64,000 bases of DNA from Chloropicon primus (taxonomy: Eukaryota), in contig CP060754.1 of NCBI GenBank assembly GCA_023205875.1, positions 62,001 to 126,000 of the forward strand, given 5' to 3'. Numbering within the stretch: the first letter of the stretch is position 1; each line of letters begins with the position of its first letter. Positions 21,344 to 30,686 of the stretch are shown piece by piece. The notes below the pieces were generated by a model, which was given only the letters and a program-made list of their open reading frames with translations, was not told where the DNA came from and did not search any database. A program made the translations under genes and the position numbers.

Positions 21344-22672
21344 TCAGACGTCATCAGTGTAGTCGTCGTCCTCGTCCTCCTCCAACTCCTGAAGCCACTG
21401 CAAGATGTGAAAGTGACCTCCTTCATCTGCCGTGTCATAAATCTCCTCAGGGTCCCAAGGGCAAGGCGGGTCCTGGCTTCGGAGCCACATGAGAATATCA
21501 AGCCAACCTCCTCGAGCTGCCCATTTACAAGTCCACAAGTCCCAATCACAAGGTGGGTCCTGGCTTCGAGCCCACTGCAGAACAGCAAGGTGACCTCCTT
21601 CAGCTGCATATTCACAAGTCCTCCAGTCCCAAGGGCAAGGTGGATCCTGGCTTCGAGCCCACTTCAGAACATCAAGGTGACCTCCTCCAGCTGCCTCATA
21701 ACAAGTCCTCGAGTCCCAATCACAAGGTGGGTCCTGGCTTCGGAGCCACTGCAGAACGTCAAGGTGACCTCCTCGAGCTGCCCATTTACAAGTCGCCCAG
21801 CCCCAATCACAAGGCGGGTCCTGGCTTCGAGCCCACTGCAGAACGTCAAGGTGACCTCCTCGAGCTGCATTAGAACAAGTCTCCTTGTCCCAAAGGCAAG
21901 GCGGGTCCTGGCTTCGAGCCCACTGCAGAACATCAAGGTGACCTCCTCGAGCTGCATTAGAACAAGTCTCCTTGTTCCAAGGGCAAGGCGGATTCTGGCT
22001 TCGAGCCCACTGCAGAATATCAAGGTGACCTCCTCGAGCTGCCTCAGAACAAGTCCTCTCGTTCCAATCACAAGGCGGGTCCTGGCTTCGAGCCCACTGC
22101 AGAACATCAAGGTGACCTCCTCGAGCTGCTTCAGAACAAGTCTCTTCATCAAACCCGCACCCCTCGCTCCTCAACCATTCCAGCAACTCAATGCGACCTC
22201 CTGCAGCAGCTCCTGCAGCTGCTATCACTCCACGATACTTGTGATTGAGAGTCAAAGGGATCCCTTGACTCACCAACCACTCCATCACCTTCTTGCTGCC
22301 CTGGAAAGCGGCGAGGTGCAGCAGGTCAGAGTCGTACACGTGGTCGTAGTACTCGCCATATTTCCAGCTATGCCGTGCTCCCTTCCTCCTTTTGAACGAC
22401 CGAAGCACCCACTGGAACCAACCCAAAGTGAAGCAAGGCATCTGCTCGAACCTCTTGTCGTCCGTCAGGTCCGTCTTCAGAGCAACCTTCTTCTTCGGAT
22501 CAGGGTTCGCCATTGTCACCGCCTCGAGGAACGTCCTGCAGGTCAACCCGAAAGCGACCCGGTCGTAGTCGGCCACATGCTTGCCAATGACGCTCCACAG
22601 TACCCCCGGCAGCACTTCCAGTGCATCCCTGCCCTCCCTCCTCTGCCTCTTGCTCTCCATCGTCTCCTCCAT
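21344..22672 (-). CDS. F-box-like plus ankyrin-like repeat protein (29-aa WARSQDPPCxW repeats, about 10 units), copy 1
   Basis: N-terminal LEVLPGVLWSVIGKHVADYDRVAFGLTCRTF (F-box-like); 87-nt tandem repeats encoding WxRSQDPPCxWxxxTCxxAAxGGHLDVLQ; intronless; TGTAA directly after the stop (21339-21343). Confidence 0.85.
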   Translation of the reverse strand: MEETMESKRQRREGRDALEVLPGVLWSVIGKHVADYDRVAFGLTCRTFLEAVTMANPDPKKKVALKTDLTDDKRFEQMPCFTLGWFQWVLRSFKRRKGARHSWKYGEYYDHVYDSDLLHLAAFQGSKKVMEWLVSQGIPLTLNHKYRGVIAAAGAAAGGRIELLEWLRSEGCGFDEETCSEAARGGHLDVLQWARSQDPPCDWNERTCSEAARGGHLDILQWARSQNPPCPWNKETCSNAARGGHLDVLQWARSQDPPCLWDKETCSNAARGGHLDVLQWARSQDPPCDWGWATCKWAARGGHLDVLQWLRSQDPPCDWDSRTCYEAAGGGHLDVLKWARSQDPPCPWDWRTCEYAAEGGHLAVLQWARSQDPPCDWDLWTCKWAARGGWLDILMWLRSQDPPCPWDPEEIYDTADEGGHFHILQWLQELEEDEDDDYTDDV

Positions 22673-22695
22673 CTTCACTTCCGTGCTCCTCAGAC

Positions 22696-22956
22696 GATCC
22701 TCACCAATGGGTCGTTCTTGTCGCGCGAGGGCTCGCTCGAAAGAGCAAGAGACACTCCTTCCGCCCCTCTATCACTCGAAAACCCTCCGGCACAAAATCC
22801 CGCCCTCGTCGTCGCCTCCCCTCCTCGGTGATCTACGCCTTGATCGTCCTTTCGTTTCCTCTCTCTCTCGTTTCGTGTCGTCGCCAGATCCTCACCACTG
22901 GGTCGTTTCTTTCGCGCGAGAGCTCGTTCGAAAGAGCACGAGACGACGCTTCCGCC
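22696..22956. repeat. Imperfect direct repeat of about 70 bp (22696-22765 and 22887-22956) upstream of ankyrin-like copy 1
   Basis: GATCCTCACCA(A/C)TGGGTCGTT...TCGCGCGAG(G/A)GCTCG(C/T)TCGAAAGAGCA(A/C)GAGAC...CTTCCGCC occurs twice, 191 bp apart. Confidence 0.75.
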
Positions 22957-23170
22957 TGTTCGGTCCTCCTTCTCTCTCTTTTCCTCCTCCGCGCGCTCCC
23001 GTCCTCTCCGTTTCTCTCGTTCTCCTCCCCCTTGTGTTCGCCCTCGTGGCCTCGGGCCGTTATGATGGTTCAGCGGAAGGGAGAAAATGAAGAGAAAGAA
23101 ACAAAGAGAGGAGGAGAGGAGGAACCAGGAAGGAAAGCGAAGGTCGATGACAGGAAGAGATTGTTCTTGG

Positions 23171-23415
23171 TTAAGAATTGGCATTGATCCATTCGATGAC
23201 GCGCTGGTGATTGCGGTGCTTCGCCACAATTCTGCACCTGTTTGGGATCCAAGGGCAAGGCGGGTCCTGGCTTCGCAGCCACTGCAGCACCTGCTTGCTG
23301 CCCTGGAAAGCGGCGAGGTGCATCAGGTCGGTGTCGCACGGCTGTTTTGAATCTCTTCGTTTGCGCGGCCCCTCCCTCCTCCCGAACGATCGAAACACCC
23401 ACTGGAACAACACAT
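23171..23415 (-). pseudogene. Truncated relic of the same F-box/ankyrin-like family
   Basis: FQWVFRSFGRREG...DTDLMHLAAFQGSKQVLQWLRSQDPPCPW matches both neighbours, but the F-box N-terminus is missing, there is no in-frame ATG and only about one repeat remains. Confidence 0.75.
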
Positions 23416-23592
23416 GGACGCATCGACGACGATGATGATGACGATGATGCACGGAAAGCAAAGATCGGGTTGCGGCTCACATCAAAAGGCGATCTACAGG
23501 GTGGTTAGAAGAATTCTCCTCGATTCTCGTTCGACGACGGCAAAGACGGTCCGAATCTTCGATCGCCGTGATCCTTGATCCATCCTTCCCCA

Positions 23593-25611
23593 CTAAGAGA
23601 GAGAGGTCCAATTGTTCTGCAATGCCTTTTCGCGAGTCCATTCGTCCCAGTCACAAGGCGGGTCCTGGCTCCGAAGCCACTTGAGGACGTCAAGGTGGCC
23701 ATGCTGCGCTGCCCCTCTACAAGTCCTGGCGCTCCAATCACAAGGCGGGTCCTGGCTTCGAAGCCACTGCAGAACGTCAAGGTGACCCTTTTCAGCTGCC
23801 TTGGTGCAAGTCCACTCGTTCCAATCACAAGGCGGGTCCTGGCTTCGAAGCCACTTGAGCACGTCAAGGTTGCCTCCCCGAGCTGCCTCCTCGCAAGTGA
23901 AAGCGCCCCAAGGGCAAGGTATGTCCTGGCTTCGAACCCACTGCAGAACGTGGAGGTGACCTACCCGAGCTGCACTGGAGCACGTCACCTCGTCCCAAGG
24001 GCAAGGCGGGTCCTGGCTTCGAGCCCACTTGAGCACGTCCAGGTGGCCTCCCTCGGCCGCACCGTAACAAGTCCACTCGCTGCCGGGACAAGGCGGATTC
24101 TGGCTTCGCAGCCACTGCAGCATGTGAAGATGGCCTGCTCCAGCTGCCCAAAACCAAGTCAACCCGTCCCAACGCGGCTCCTGACTGCGAAGCCACTGCA
24201 GGACGCCAAGGTGACCACGCTGAGCCGCCGCTTTCCAGACACCGTTGCTCCAAGGGCATGGCGGGTCCTGGCTCCGAGCCCACTGCAGAACATCAAGGCG
24301 ACCCCCCTCAGCTGCACCACAACAAGTACTCGCGCCCCAGGGACAAGGCGGATGCTGGCTTCGAGCCCACTGCAGCATGTCAAGGTGACCTCCTCGAGCT
24401 GCCCATCCACAAGTCATTTCGTCCCAAGGGCAAGGCGGGTCCTGGCTCCGAGCCCACTGCAGAACATCAAGGCGACCCCCCTCAGCTGCACCACAACAAG
24501 TACTCGCGCCCCAGGGACAAGGCGGATGCTGGCTCCGAGCCCACTGCAGCATGCCAAGGCGACCTCCAAAAGCTGCCCATCCACAAGTCATTTCGTCCCA
24601 AGGGCAAGGCGGGTCCTGGCTTCGAAGCCACTGCAGAACATCAAGGTGACCTCCTTTAGCTGCAAAACGACAAGCATCCTCGTCCCAATCACAAGGTGGA
24701 CGCTGACTTCGAAGCCACTTCAGAACGTCAATGTGACCGAATCGAGCTGCAGCATCACAAGTATCCTTGCTCCAAGGGCAAGGGGGATCCCGACTTCGCA
24801 GCCACTGCAGAATGTCAAGGCGACCGCTCATAGCTGCACCAACACAAGTCTCCCGGTCCCAAGGGCAAGGCGGGTCTTGGCTCCGAGCCCACTTCAGAAC
24901 GTGAAGGTGGCCTCCTTTAGCTGCCCAAGCACAAATGCCCTCGCTCCACGGGCAAGGCGGGTCCTGGCTTCGAGCCCACTTCAGAACGTCAAGGTGACCT
25001 CCCAAAGCTGCTGCTTTACAAGTCTCGTCGTCCCAAGGGCAAGGTGGATCCTGGCTTCGAAGCCACTGCAAGATGCCAAGGTGACCACGCTGAGCTGCCG
25101 CTCTGCAAGCCATCGCGTTCCAAGGGCAAGGTGGATCCTGACTGCGAGCCCACTGCAGAACATCAAGTCGACCTGTCAGAGCTAGAATAGAACAAGTAAG
25201 CTCTTCCCAAGGACAAGGAGGATCCCTTCTTCGCAGCCACTTCATCACCTCCTTGCTGCCCTGGGCAGCGGCGAGGTACATCAGGTCACCGTCGTACAAG
25301 TGGTCCAAGTACTTTCCATATCTCCGAACAGTCGCTGCTCCCTCCCTCCGTTCGAACGACTGGTACACCCACTGGAACCAACCAGGAGTGAAGCAAGGCG
25401 TCTGCTTGTCCACCACTGCGTTGTCAGTCAGGTCCGTCCTCAGAGCACCCCCCGGTTTCACCGCCTTGAGGAACGCCCTGCACGTCAACCCAAAAGCGAG
25501 GCGGTCGTAGGGATCCAAATGACTTGCGACCACGGACCACCAAGCCTCTGAAACCATTTCCACTTTTCCTCCCTTTCCCTCGACACCTCCATGGCAATCC
25601 GCTGAAGCCAT
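23593..25611 (-). CDS. F-box-like plus ankyrin-like repeat protein (about 19 units of 29 aa), copy 2
   Basis: 672 aa from ATG 25611. WWSVVASHLDPYDRLAFGLTCRAF N-terminus, the same PCFTxGWFQWV and DLxxLAAxQGSK blocks as copy 1, then 87-nt repeats. Confidence 0.85.
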   Translation of the reverse strand: MASADCHGGVEGKGGKVEMVSEAWWSVVASHLDPYDRLAFGLTCRAFLKAVKPGGALRTDLTDNAVVDKQTPCFTPGWFQWVYQSFERREGAATVRRYGKYLDHLYDGDLMYLAAAQGSKEVMKWLRRRDPPCPWEELTCSILALTGRLDVLQWARSQDPPCPWNAMACRAAAQRGHLGILQWLRSQDPPCPWDDETCKAAALGGHLDVLKWARSQDPPCPWSEGICAWAAKGGHLHVLKWARSQDPPCPWDRETCVGAAMSGRLDILQWLRSRDPPCPWSKDTCDAAARFGHIDVLKWLRSQRPPCDWDEDACRFAAKGGHLDVLQWLRSQDPPCPWDEMTCGWAAFGGRLGMLQWARSQHPPCPWGASTCCGAAEGGRLDVLQWARSQDPPCPWDEMTCGWAARGGHLDMLQWARSQHPPCPWGASTCCGAAEGGRLDVLQWARSQDPPCPWSNGVWKAAAQRGHLGVLQWLRSQEPRWDGLTWFWAAGAGHLHMLQWLRSQNPPCPGSEWTCYGAAEGGHLDVLKWARSQDPPCPWDEVTCSSAARVGHLHVLQWVRSQDIPCPWGAFTCEEAARGGNLDVLKWLRSQDPPCDWNEWTCTKAAEKGHLDVLQWLRSQDPPCDWSARTCRGAAQHGHLDVLKWLRSQDPPCDWDEWTREKALQNNWTSLS

Positions 25612-25740
25612 CGGCTCCTTGGCCTTGGCCTTGGCCTTGGGACCATTCTCATTGCCAGGAGCGGAGGGGCGGGAGAGGGAAGAGGAAGAGGAAGAGGAGA
25701 GGAGTTTGGTTTTGGTTTTGGTGGTGTGTGGTGTGTGGTG

Positions 25741-28700
25741 ATGGGGGGGGAGGGGGAGCACAAGAGGGACCAGGCGGTGGAGGCATTCAATGAATTGAAG
25801 CTACTGGGGTCGGGGCAGGAGAAGGCGACCAAGGTGAAGGAGTTGACGGAGCTCCTGATCCGTGTGCCTGCTGCGAGGGGGTTGCTGCCGGAGTTCGTGC
25901 CTGAGTTGTGCGACCTTCAGGTGGAGACGAATGCGGTGGTAAGGAAGGAGCTCGCGGCGTTTCTCGAGGCGCTGGGCGGCCTGCCGACCGACGTCCTAGC
26001 GAGCACGGGGGCGGCGGCGTACCTTCCCAAGGCGGTGGAGACCCTTGGGGCGCTGAGCCGCGACGAGAGCGAGAAGGTCGGCAAGCGGGCTCTCATGGCA
26101 GGGATCTCGCTCTTCACGGGGATCTACAAGGCCTGCGTGAGAGAGCACGACGCTTCCCAGCTCGGGGCGTGCTGGTCCGCCCTGTCTGACCTGAGGTCGA
26201 GCGCCGCGGGGACGCTCGATTCTCGGACAGCAAAGGGAGGCTTCAAGGTGTATGCCTGCAAGTACTTGGAGTCCCTCGTCCTTTTCCTGAGCGAGGAAGA
26301 GCTCGAGAAGCTTTGCACGAGCGACCCAAACCTCTACGCGAAGTTCAACGCCGGGGCCACGGAAGCGGGTGCTGCCATATTCAACTTGGCGACCACGCTC
26401 ACCTCGGTGGGTGGTGGCACGCCGTCCGGAGGCGACGTTCCCGCACCGGTGGCGATAGTCCTCCTGAGCGCCCTGGGCGCTTTCGCAAAGTGCAGGCCGG
26501 ACCTTTACGCTCAGGGGGCGTGCGGCCTCCTTTCCAAGGTCGCGGATGCGCTGGGAAGTGAGCAGACCGCCGAGGGCTTATCCGAGACAAAGTCAGCCGC
26601 CCTGCTGCAAACCCTGAAGCAGGTCCTGCTGACCCTTGTCAAGTCAGACAAGCTCAGGGATCTCGAGACGGTGAGGGAGACGTGCGCGTCTTCCTTGGGG
26701 AAGATAGGATTCGAGGATGCGGCCCAGCAGGCCCTGAGATCAGATAGGTCGGGCAGAGCCTCGTCGTCCTCCGGCCACTCCAAGCGCTCTTCGCGGCACA
26801 TGGAAGCGTCTGGAAGGCCGTCGAAGCAGCACAAGGGAATGGATGAGCTCAACCCAAAGGCACTACTGCAGCATTTCACAGGCCTGGTTCACCGGATAAG
26901 AGCCATATTGGAGAGCAACGACTTGCACGATTTTGAGGGGCCGATCTTGTCGCCAGAGGCGACGGCAGACGCGGTCCTCTCGAATTTCGGCCTGAACATT
27001 GGTGACTTCGTGGCAGCCACCGAGACCACGAGCGATTTGACCCCCAAGGGCGGCTCCTACGCGAGGACGTCGGCGGAGGCCCTCATGGACACAAACCTGG
27101 CGGCGATGAACTTGGTGAGCAGCCTGTCCAAGGAGGACATCAAGGTCATGTCGATGGAGTCCTTGAAGAGGGTGTTTGCCTCAAACATGGACAGCCTCGC
27201 TCAGGGTGAGGGGGGGGACGAGCTGTCGATTCAAGACAAGCTCCTGTCCAGGATCGTGGCGATTATCCTTGAGAACTTTTGGGAAGGGGACAGAAGCTAC
27301 TGTCAGAAAGTTCTGGATTCCGTGGTGGAACACATTTTGGAGAAAATGCAACGCGACAGGGGTCACGCCACGTGCATGGGGCTGTTCTACGCGGTATTTG
27401 CTCTGGGAGAGCCCTTCAGGGGGGTCTACAACGCCCTCCTGCTGAAGCTCGTAAAGGGGGTGAGGCAGACGTTGCCGCCCCACGATCCAGCCCTGTGCAA
27501 ACTAATGTTGGAGGTACCGGTTCTGCCCCAAACTGAAATCGTTCGCTTCCTTCGCGACTTGATTATCATGAGCTCGGATCAAGAGGGGGAGGAGGAGGCC
27601 GTGGAGTGGGCCACTCTGGGCTTGAACACGCTTCGGGACTTGGTCTTTGAGCGACCGAGCTTGAGAAGGGCGTGTCTGAACCTCTCTCTCAGTTGCGCCA
27701 TGCACAACAACGGGGGTCTGAGAGCGAAAGCAATAAAACTGGTCGCGGACACCCTTTATCCCGTGACCTACCTGCAGGGAGACATAGAGAAGTTTGCGCT
27801 CAAGGCCTTGAGCCAACTCACGACGGCTAGCGACGGGGTATCTGAAGGCGAAGTGTCCCGCCACATGGAGCTTTTCTTTGCCTTGTGCACCAAGAAGCAC
27901 GACCTGCTGCACGAGCTCCTGTCGATGTTCGCGAGGGCGTCCCAAGTCCAGAAGAAGGTCATGAACCAGAATGTGATGAGCTTAGCAAAGGAGATACCTC
28001 CGTCGTCGCCCTCGGTGGTCGTGGTGGTCGAGAACCCTCCCAAAGGGTCGGAGATCTTGCTGCTCCTGATGCTGCACTCCATGGCGGAAGCCGCCACCCT
28101 TCCCAAGCAGTTGGTGAGGGCTGTCCAAGCCCTGTACAGGAAGACGGGGGACTCCAGGTTCATTGTTCCAATCTTTGGGTACATGCCAAAGGCTGATGCG
28201 ATTGAGGTTCTCCCAAAGTTCGTGGAGCTGCCGGAGACGGCCAGGAAGACGGCCGTTGTGAACGCCTTCACCAGCGATCCCGAGGGCCTGAGCCCCGAGT
28301 CCCTCTCGGCATCCGAGCTGTTCGTGCGCCTCCACCTCATCGACGAGGCGAAGCACAAGATCCCCCTGAAGAAGCTCATCGAGTGCACCAACATGTGTTT
28401 CCAGCTCAAGAGCATCTTTACGCCCAAGGTCCTCTCGATCTCGGTGCAGCACCTCGTGCAGTACACCCCGCTGCCAAAGTTGTTCATGAGGACCGTGATT
28501 CAGACCGCGAATGCGGCCCCGCAGCTCAAGGGCTTCATCGTCCAACTGCTTGCCAGGCTGGTGGCAAAGAAAATCTGGGAGGACCTGCCGCAGTGGCAGG
28601 GCTTCCTCATGTGCGCATCCAAGCTGGGGGCTTACCCGGTTCTCCTGCAGCTGCCCACGCCCCACCTCCAGGCAGCCATACAGAGGATGCCGGATTTGAA

Positions 28701-28794
28701 GCTCAAGCTGAACGAGTTTGTGCAGCAGGACAGGGTTACGGCGAGCAAGCTGCCGAGGACGACTCTTCAAGTCCTGGGGGTGCAGCAGTATTGA
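25741..28794 (+). CDS. SYMPK: Symplekin (3'-end processing scaffold)
   Basis: HEAT-like N-terminus and a symplekin C-terminal domain (LFFALCTKKHDLL, PLPKLFMRTVIQ, LARLVAKKIW...WQGFLMC...VLLQLP). Confidence 0.92.
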   Translation: MGGEGEHKRDQAVEAFNELKLLGSGQEKATKVKELTELLIRVPAARGLLPEFVPELCDLQVETNAVVRKELAAFLEALGGLPTDVLASTGAAAYLPKAVETLGALSRDESEKVGKRALMAGISLFTGIYKACVREHDASQLGACWSALSDLRSSAAGTLDSRTAKGGFKVYACKYLESLVLFLSEEELEKLCTSDPNLYAKFNAGATEAGAAIFNLATTLTSVGGGTPSGGDVPAPVAIVLLSALGAFAKCRPDLYAQGACGLLSKVADALGSEQTAEGLSETKSAALLQTLKQVLLTLVKSDKLRDLETVRETCASSLGKIGFEDAAQQALRSDRSGRASSSSGHSKRSSRHMEASGRPSKQHKGMDELNPKALLQHFTGLVHRIRAILESNDLHDFEGPILSPEATADAVLSNFGLNIGDFVAATETTSDLTPKGGSYARTSAEALMDTNLAAMNLVSSLSKEDIKVMSMESLKRVFASNMDSLAQGEGGDELSIQDKLLSRIVAIILENFWEGDRSYCQKVLDSVVEHILEKMQRDRGHATCMGLFYAVFALGEPFRGVYNALLLKLVKGVRQTLPPHDPALCKLMLEVPVLPQTEIVRFLRDLIIMSSDQEGEEEAVEWATLGLNTLRDLVFERPSLRRACLNLSLSCAMHNNGGLRAKAIKLVADTLYPVTYLQGDIEKFALKALSQLTTASDGVSEGEVSRHMELFFALCTKKHDLLHELLSMFARASQVQKKVMNQNVMSLAKEIPPSSPSVVVVVENPPKGSEILLLLMLHSMAEAATLPKQLVRAVQALYRKTGDSRFIVPIFGYMPKADAIEVLPKFVELPETARKTAVVNAFTSDPEGLSPESLSASELFVRLHLIDEAKHKIPLKKLIECTNMCFQLKSIFTPKVLSISVQHLVQYTPLPKLFMRTVIQTANAAPQLKGFIVQLLARLVAKKIWEDLPQWQGFLMCASKLGAYPVLLQLPTPHLQAAIQRMPDLKLKLNEFVQQDRVTASKLPRTTLQVLGVQQY

Positions 28795-29000
28795 GCCTTC
28801 CATGCCCCGTGGGCCTTCGTTCGCGTCGGTCGAGGTCCCGACGAGTTGAGGGTCCCGACGAGTTGAGGGACAGGGACCAAGTAACTTAAATGTATCAGTT
28901 TGGTTGTTGTTACAGGTATATTTTTTTTTAGTCTTGGGTCTCGTAGTCCACGCGTGTTGTCTGTGTGCGATCCATACTGCGCGTGCTACTCCCACTCCCA

Positions 29001-29711
29001 CTAGTATTTCGAGCCCTGATTGAGCAGGTACTCGAACACTTGCTGGGCATCTGCCGAGTGCCTCTGCTTCGCTAAGAAAACTGGCGTCGCGCCGTTGAAG
29101 TCGGGCTGGTTTATCATGTCATTCCTGTCCTCCTTGTCCTTGATTGACTCTACTACGCACTTCATGACCGCAAGGGTGCCAGATCTCGCCGCCAAGTGCA
29201 CGGCCGTGCGGCCGCAGTGGGCCTCCTTGATCGACAATTTCGCCCCAGCCTCGAGTAACTTCTCCACGGTCTCTACGCTTCCGCTCTCTACGGCCCACAT
29301 GAGGGCGGTTCGGCCTACTTTGTCCCTGCCATCGACCTGCCGACCAGGACAAATGCGATAGAAAAAGATTGGAAAAGAAAAAGGCGTAGCGTTTGTCAAT
29401 AAACAACACAGTCCGTCGTTCTTCAAAGCACATCTGCGCGCTCGAGCGAGGCTTGCTTCGTCCACCCCCCCAGACCCAGTACTCACCTCCTTTGCGTTCT
29501 TCATGTTGTTCAAAAAGGTGGTCACATCTTTCACTTTCCCCCTCTCTGCCGCGTCGTGGAGCGACTTGACTGCCCCTCTTGCAGTGACATCGTAAATGGC
29601 GTACAAGGATTCGACCTTGCTCTCCTCCTTTGTCTTGGCGGCGTCCTTGTTCTGGTCCCCGGCCGCGGCCACGGGTTCTTCCTTCTTCGCTGCTGTCTCC
29701 ACGTCCGCCAT
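29001..29711 (-). CDS. Small canonical ankyrin-repeat protein; exons 29711-29487 and 29336-29001
   Basis: LHDAAERG, DKVGRTALMWAVESG, GRTAVHLAARSG, NGATPVFLA. Intron 29486-29337 (GTGAGT...CAG, 150 nt, in frame). Confidence 0.85.
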   Translation of the reverse strand: MADVETAAKKEEPVAAAGDQNKDAAKTKEESKVESLYAIYDVTARGAVKSLHDAAERGKVKDVTTFLNNMKNAKEVSTGSGGVDEASLARARRCALKNDGLCCLLTNATPFSFPIFFYRICPGRQVDGRDKVGRTALMWAVESGSVETVEKLLEAGAKLSIKEAHCGRTAVHLAARSGTLAVMKCVVESIKDKEDRNDMINQPDFNGATPVFLAKQRHSADAQQVFEYLLNQGSKY

Positions 29712-30218
29712 GGTTTGCGCTCGTTCTTTCTCTTCTCTCTTGCGCTTTTCCTCGGTTCTCCGAAGGAAGGTTGGGATTGTGCCCAAGCCAAGGCAAGGAG
29801 CACAAGGTCCTTCTTTCTCCAAGGAAGGAAGGGAAACACACAAGGACAGGGACAGGGGGACAGGGGGACAGGGGGACAGGGAGAGGGACCGAGGGTTTTT
29901 CGTCCTCACCAGCCCAGGAAAACTAGTTTCTTTGGAAGAACACCCCCGGACGACGAACCCAGGAACCCAGGAACCCAAGCAAGAGATTCTTTACGATTTT
30001 CTTCCCAGCCTTCGGAGGAGACAGAACAGAACACCATCATCAACAGAGAGAGAGAGAGAACAAAGGCAAAAGAAACCCGGAACTCGGAACTGGGGGGGGA
30101 GGGATTACCCTAATGAACGCCCGAACGAACCCCCGAACGCACGAGGAGCCAAGCTCGTGAGCCGGCTGGCCCCCTTGCCCCCCTGAGGGAGGTCTTGGTC
30201 TTGGTCTTTTTTTTTTAA

Positions 30219-30272
30219 TATGTTACACTCATTATGTATTATGTTACACTCATTATGTATTATGTTACACTC
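30219..30272. repeat. AT-rich 21-bp tandem repeat (about 2.6 copies) upstream of psbO
   Basis: TATGTTACACTCATTATGTAT twice, plus TATGTTACACTC. Confidence 0.85.
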
Positions 30273-30459
30273 GTTGAATCCCATTCGTTCTGATTGGGCC
30301 AAAGGCTGATTATCTTATCTGCGGAGTTTGGTTTGTTTTGGGGTCTACACGGGATCTGTACTGCGGGATCTCAAGAGAACAAGATCGGGCAAGAGCCACT
30401 GGACGAGCGAGATCGCGAGCGAGGGCGACGACACAACACACACAGAGCAGAGGTAAGCC

Positions 30460-30490
<31 letters not shown>

Positions 30491-30686
30491 GAACAACCTC
30501 AACCTTGAGGCGAACAACAACACACCACGCCTCTCTCTCTCTCTCTCTGTCGGGCTTGTGTGGTTTTGCGCAATCGGAAAGACTTGTGCGATGACGTATT
30601 AACGTTTATCTTCATCGCTCTCTTTCATCGCTCGCTCGGTCTCTCAGCTTTTTGTTGGTGCGTGTTTGCGAACTACTGTGAGAGAG

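Noticed and set aside
21212..25185. Long plus-strand ORFs (539 aa and 536 aa) antisense to the ankyrin-like genes
   Set aside because: These are shadows of a repeat unit with no antisense stop codons; they lack ATG starts and protein-like features.
21400..25190. CRISPR-like look of conserved blocks alternating with variable segments at 87-nt period
   Set aside because: The period is exactly 29 codons in open frames, the variable parts are homologous to each other, the locus is eukaryotic and no cas genes are present.
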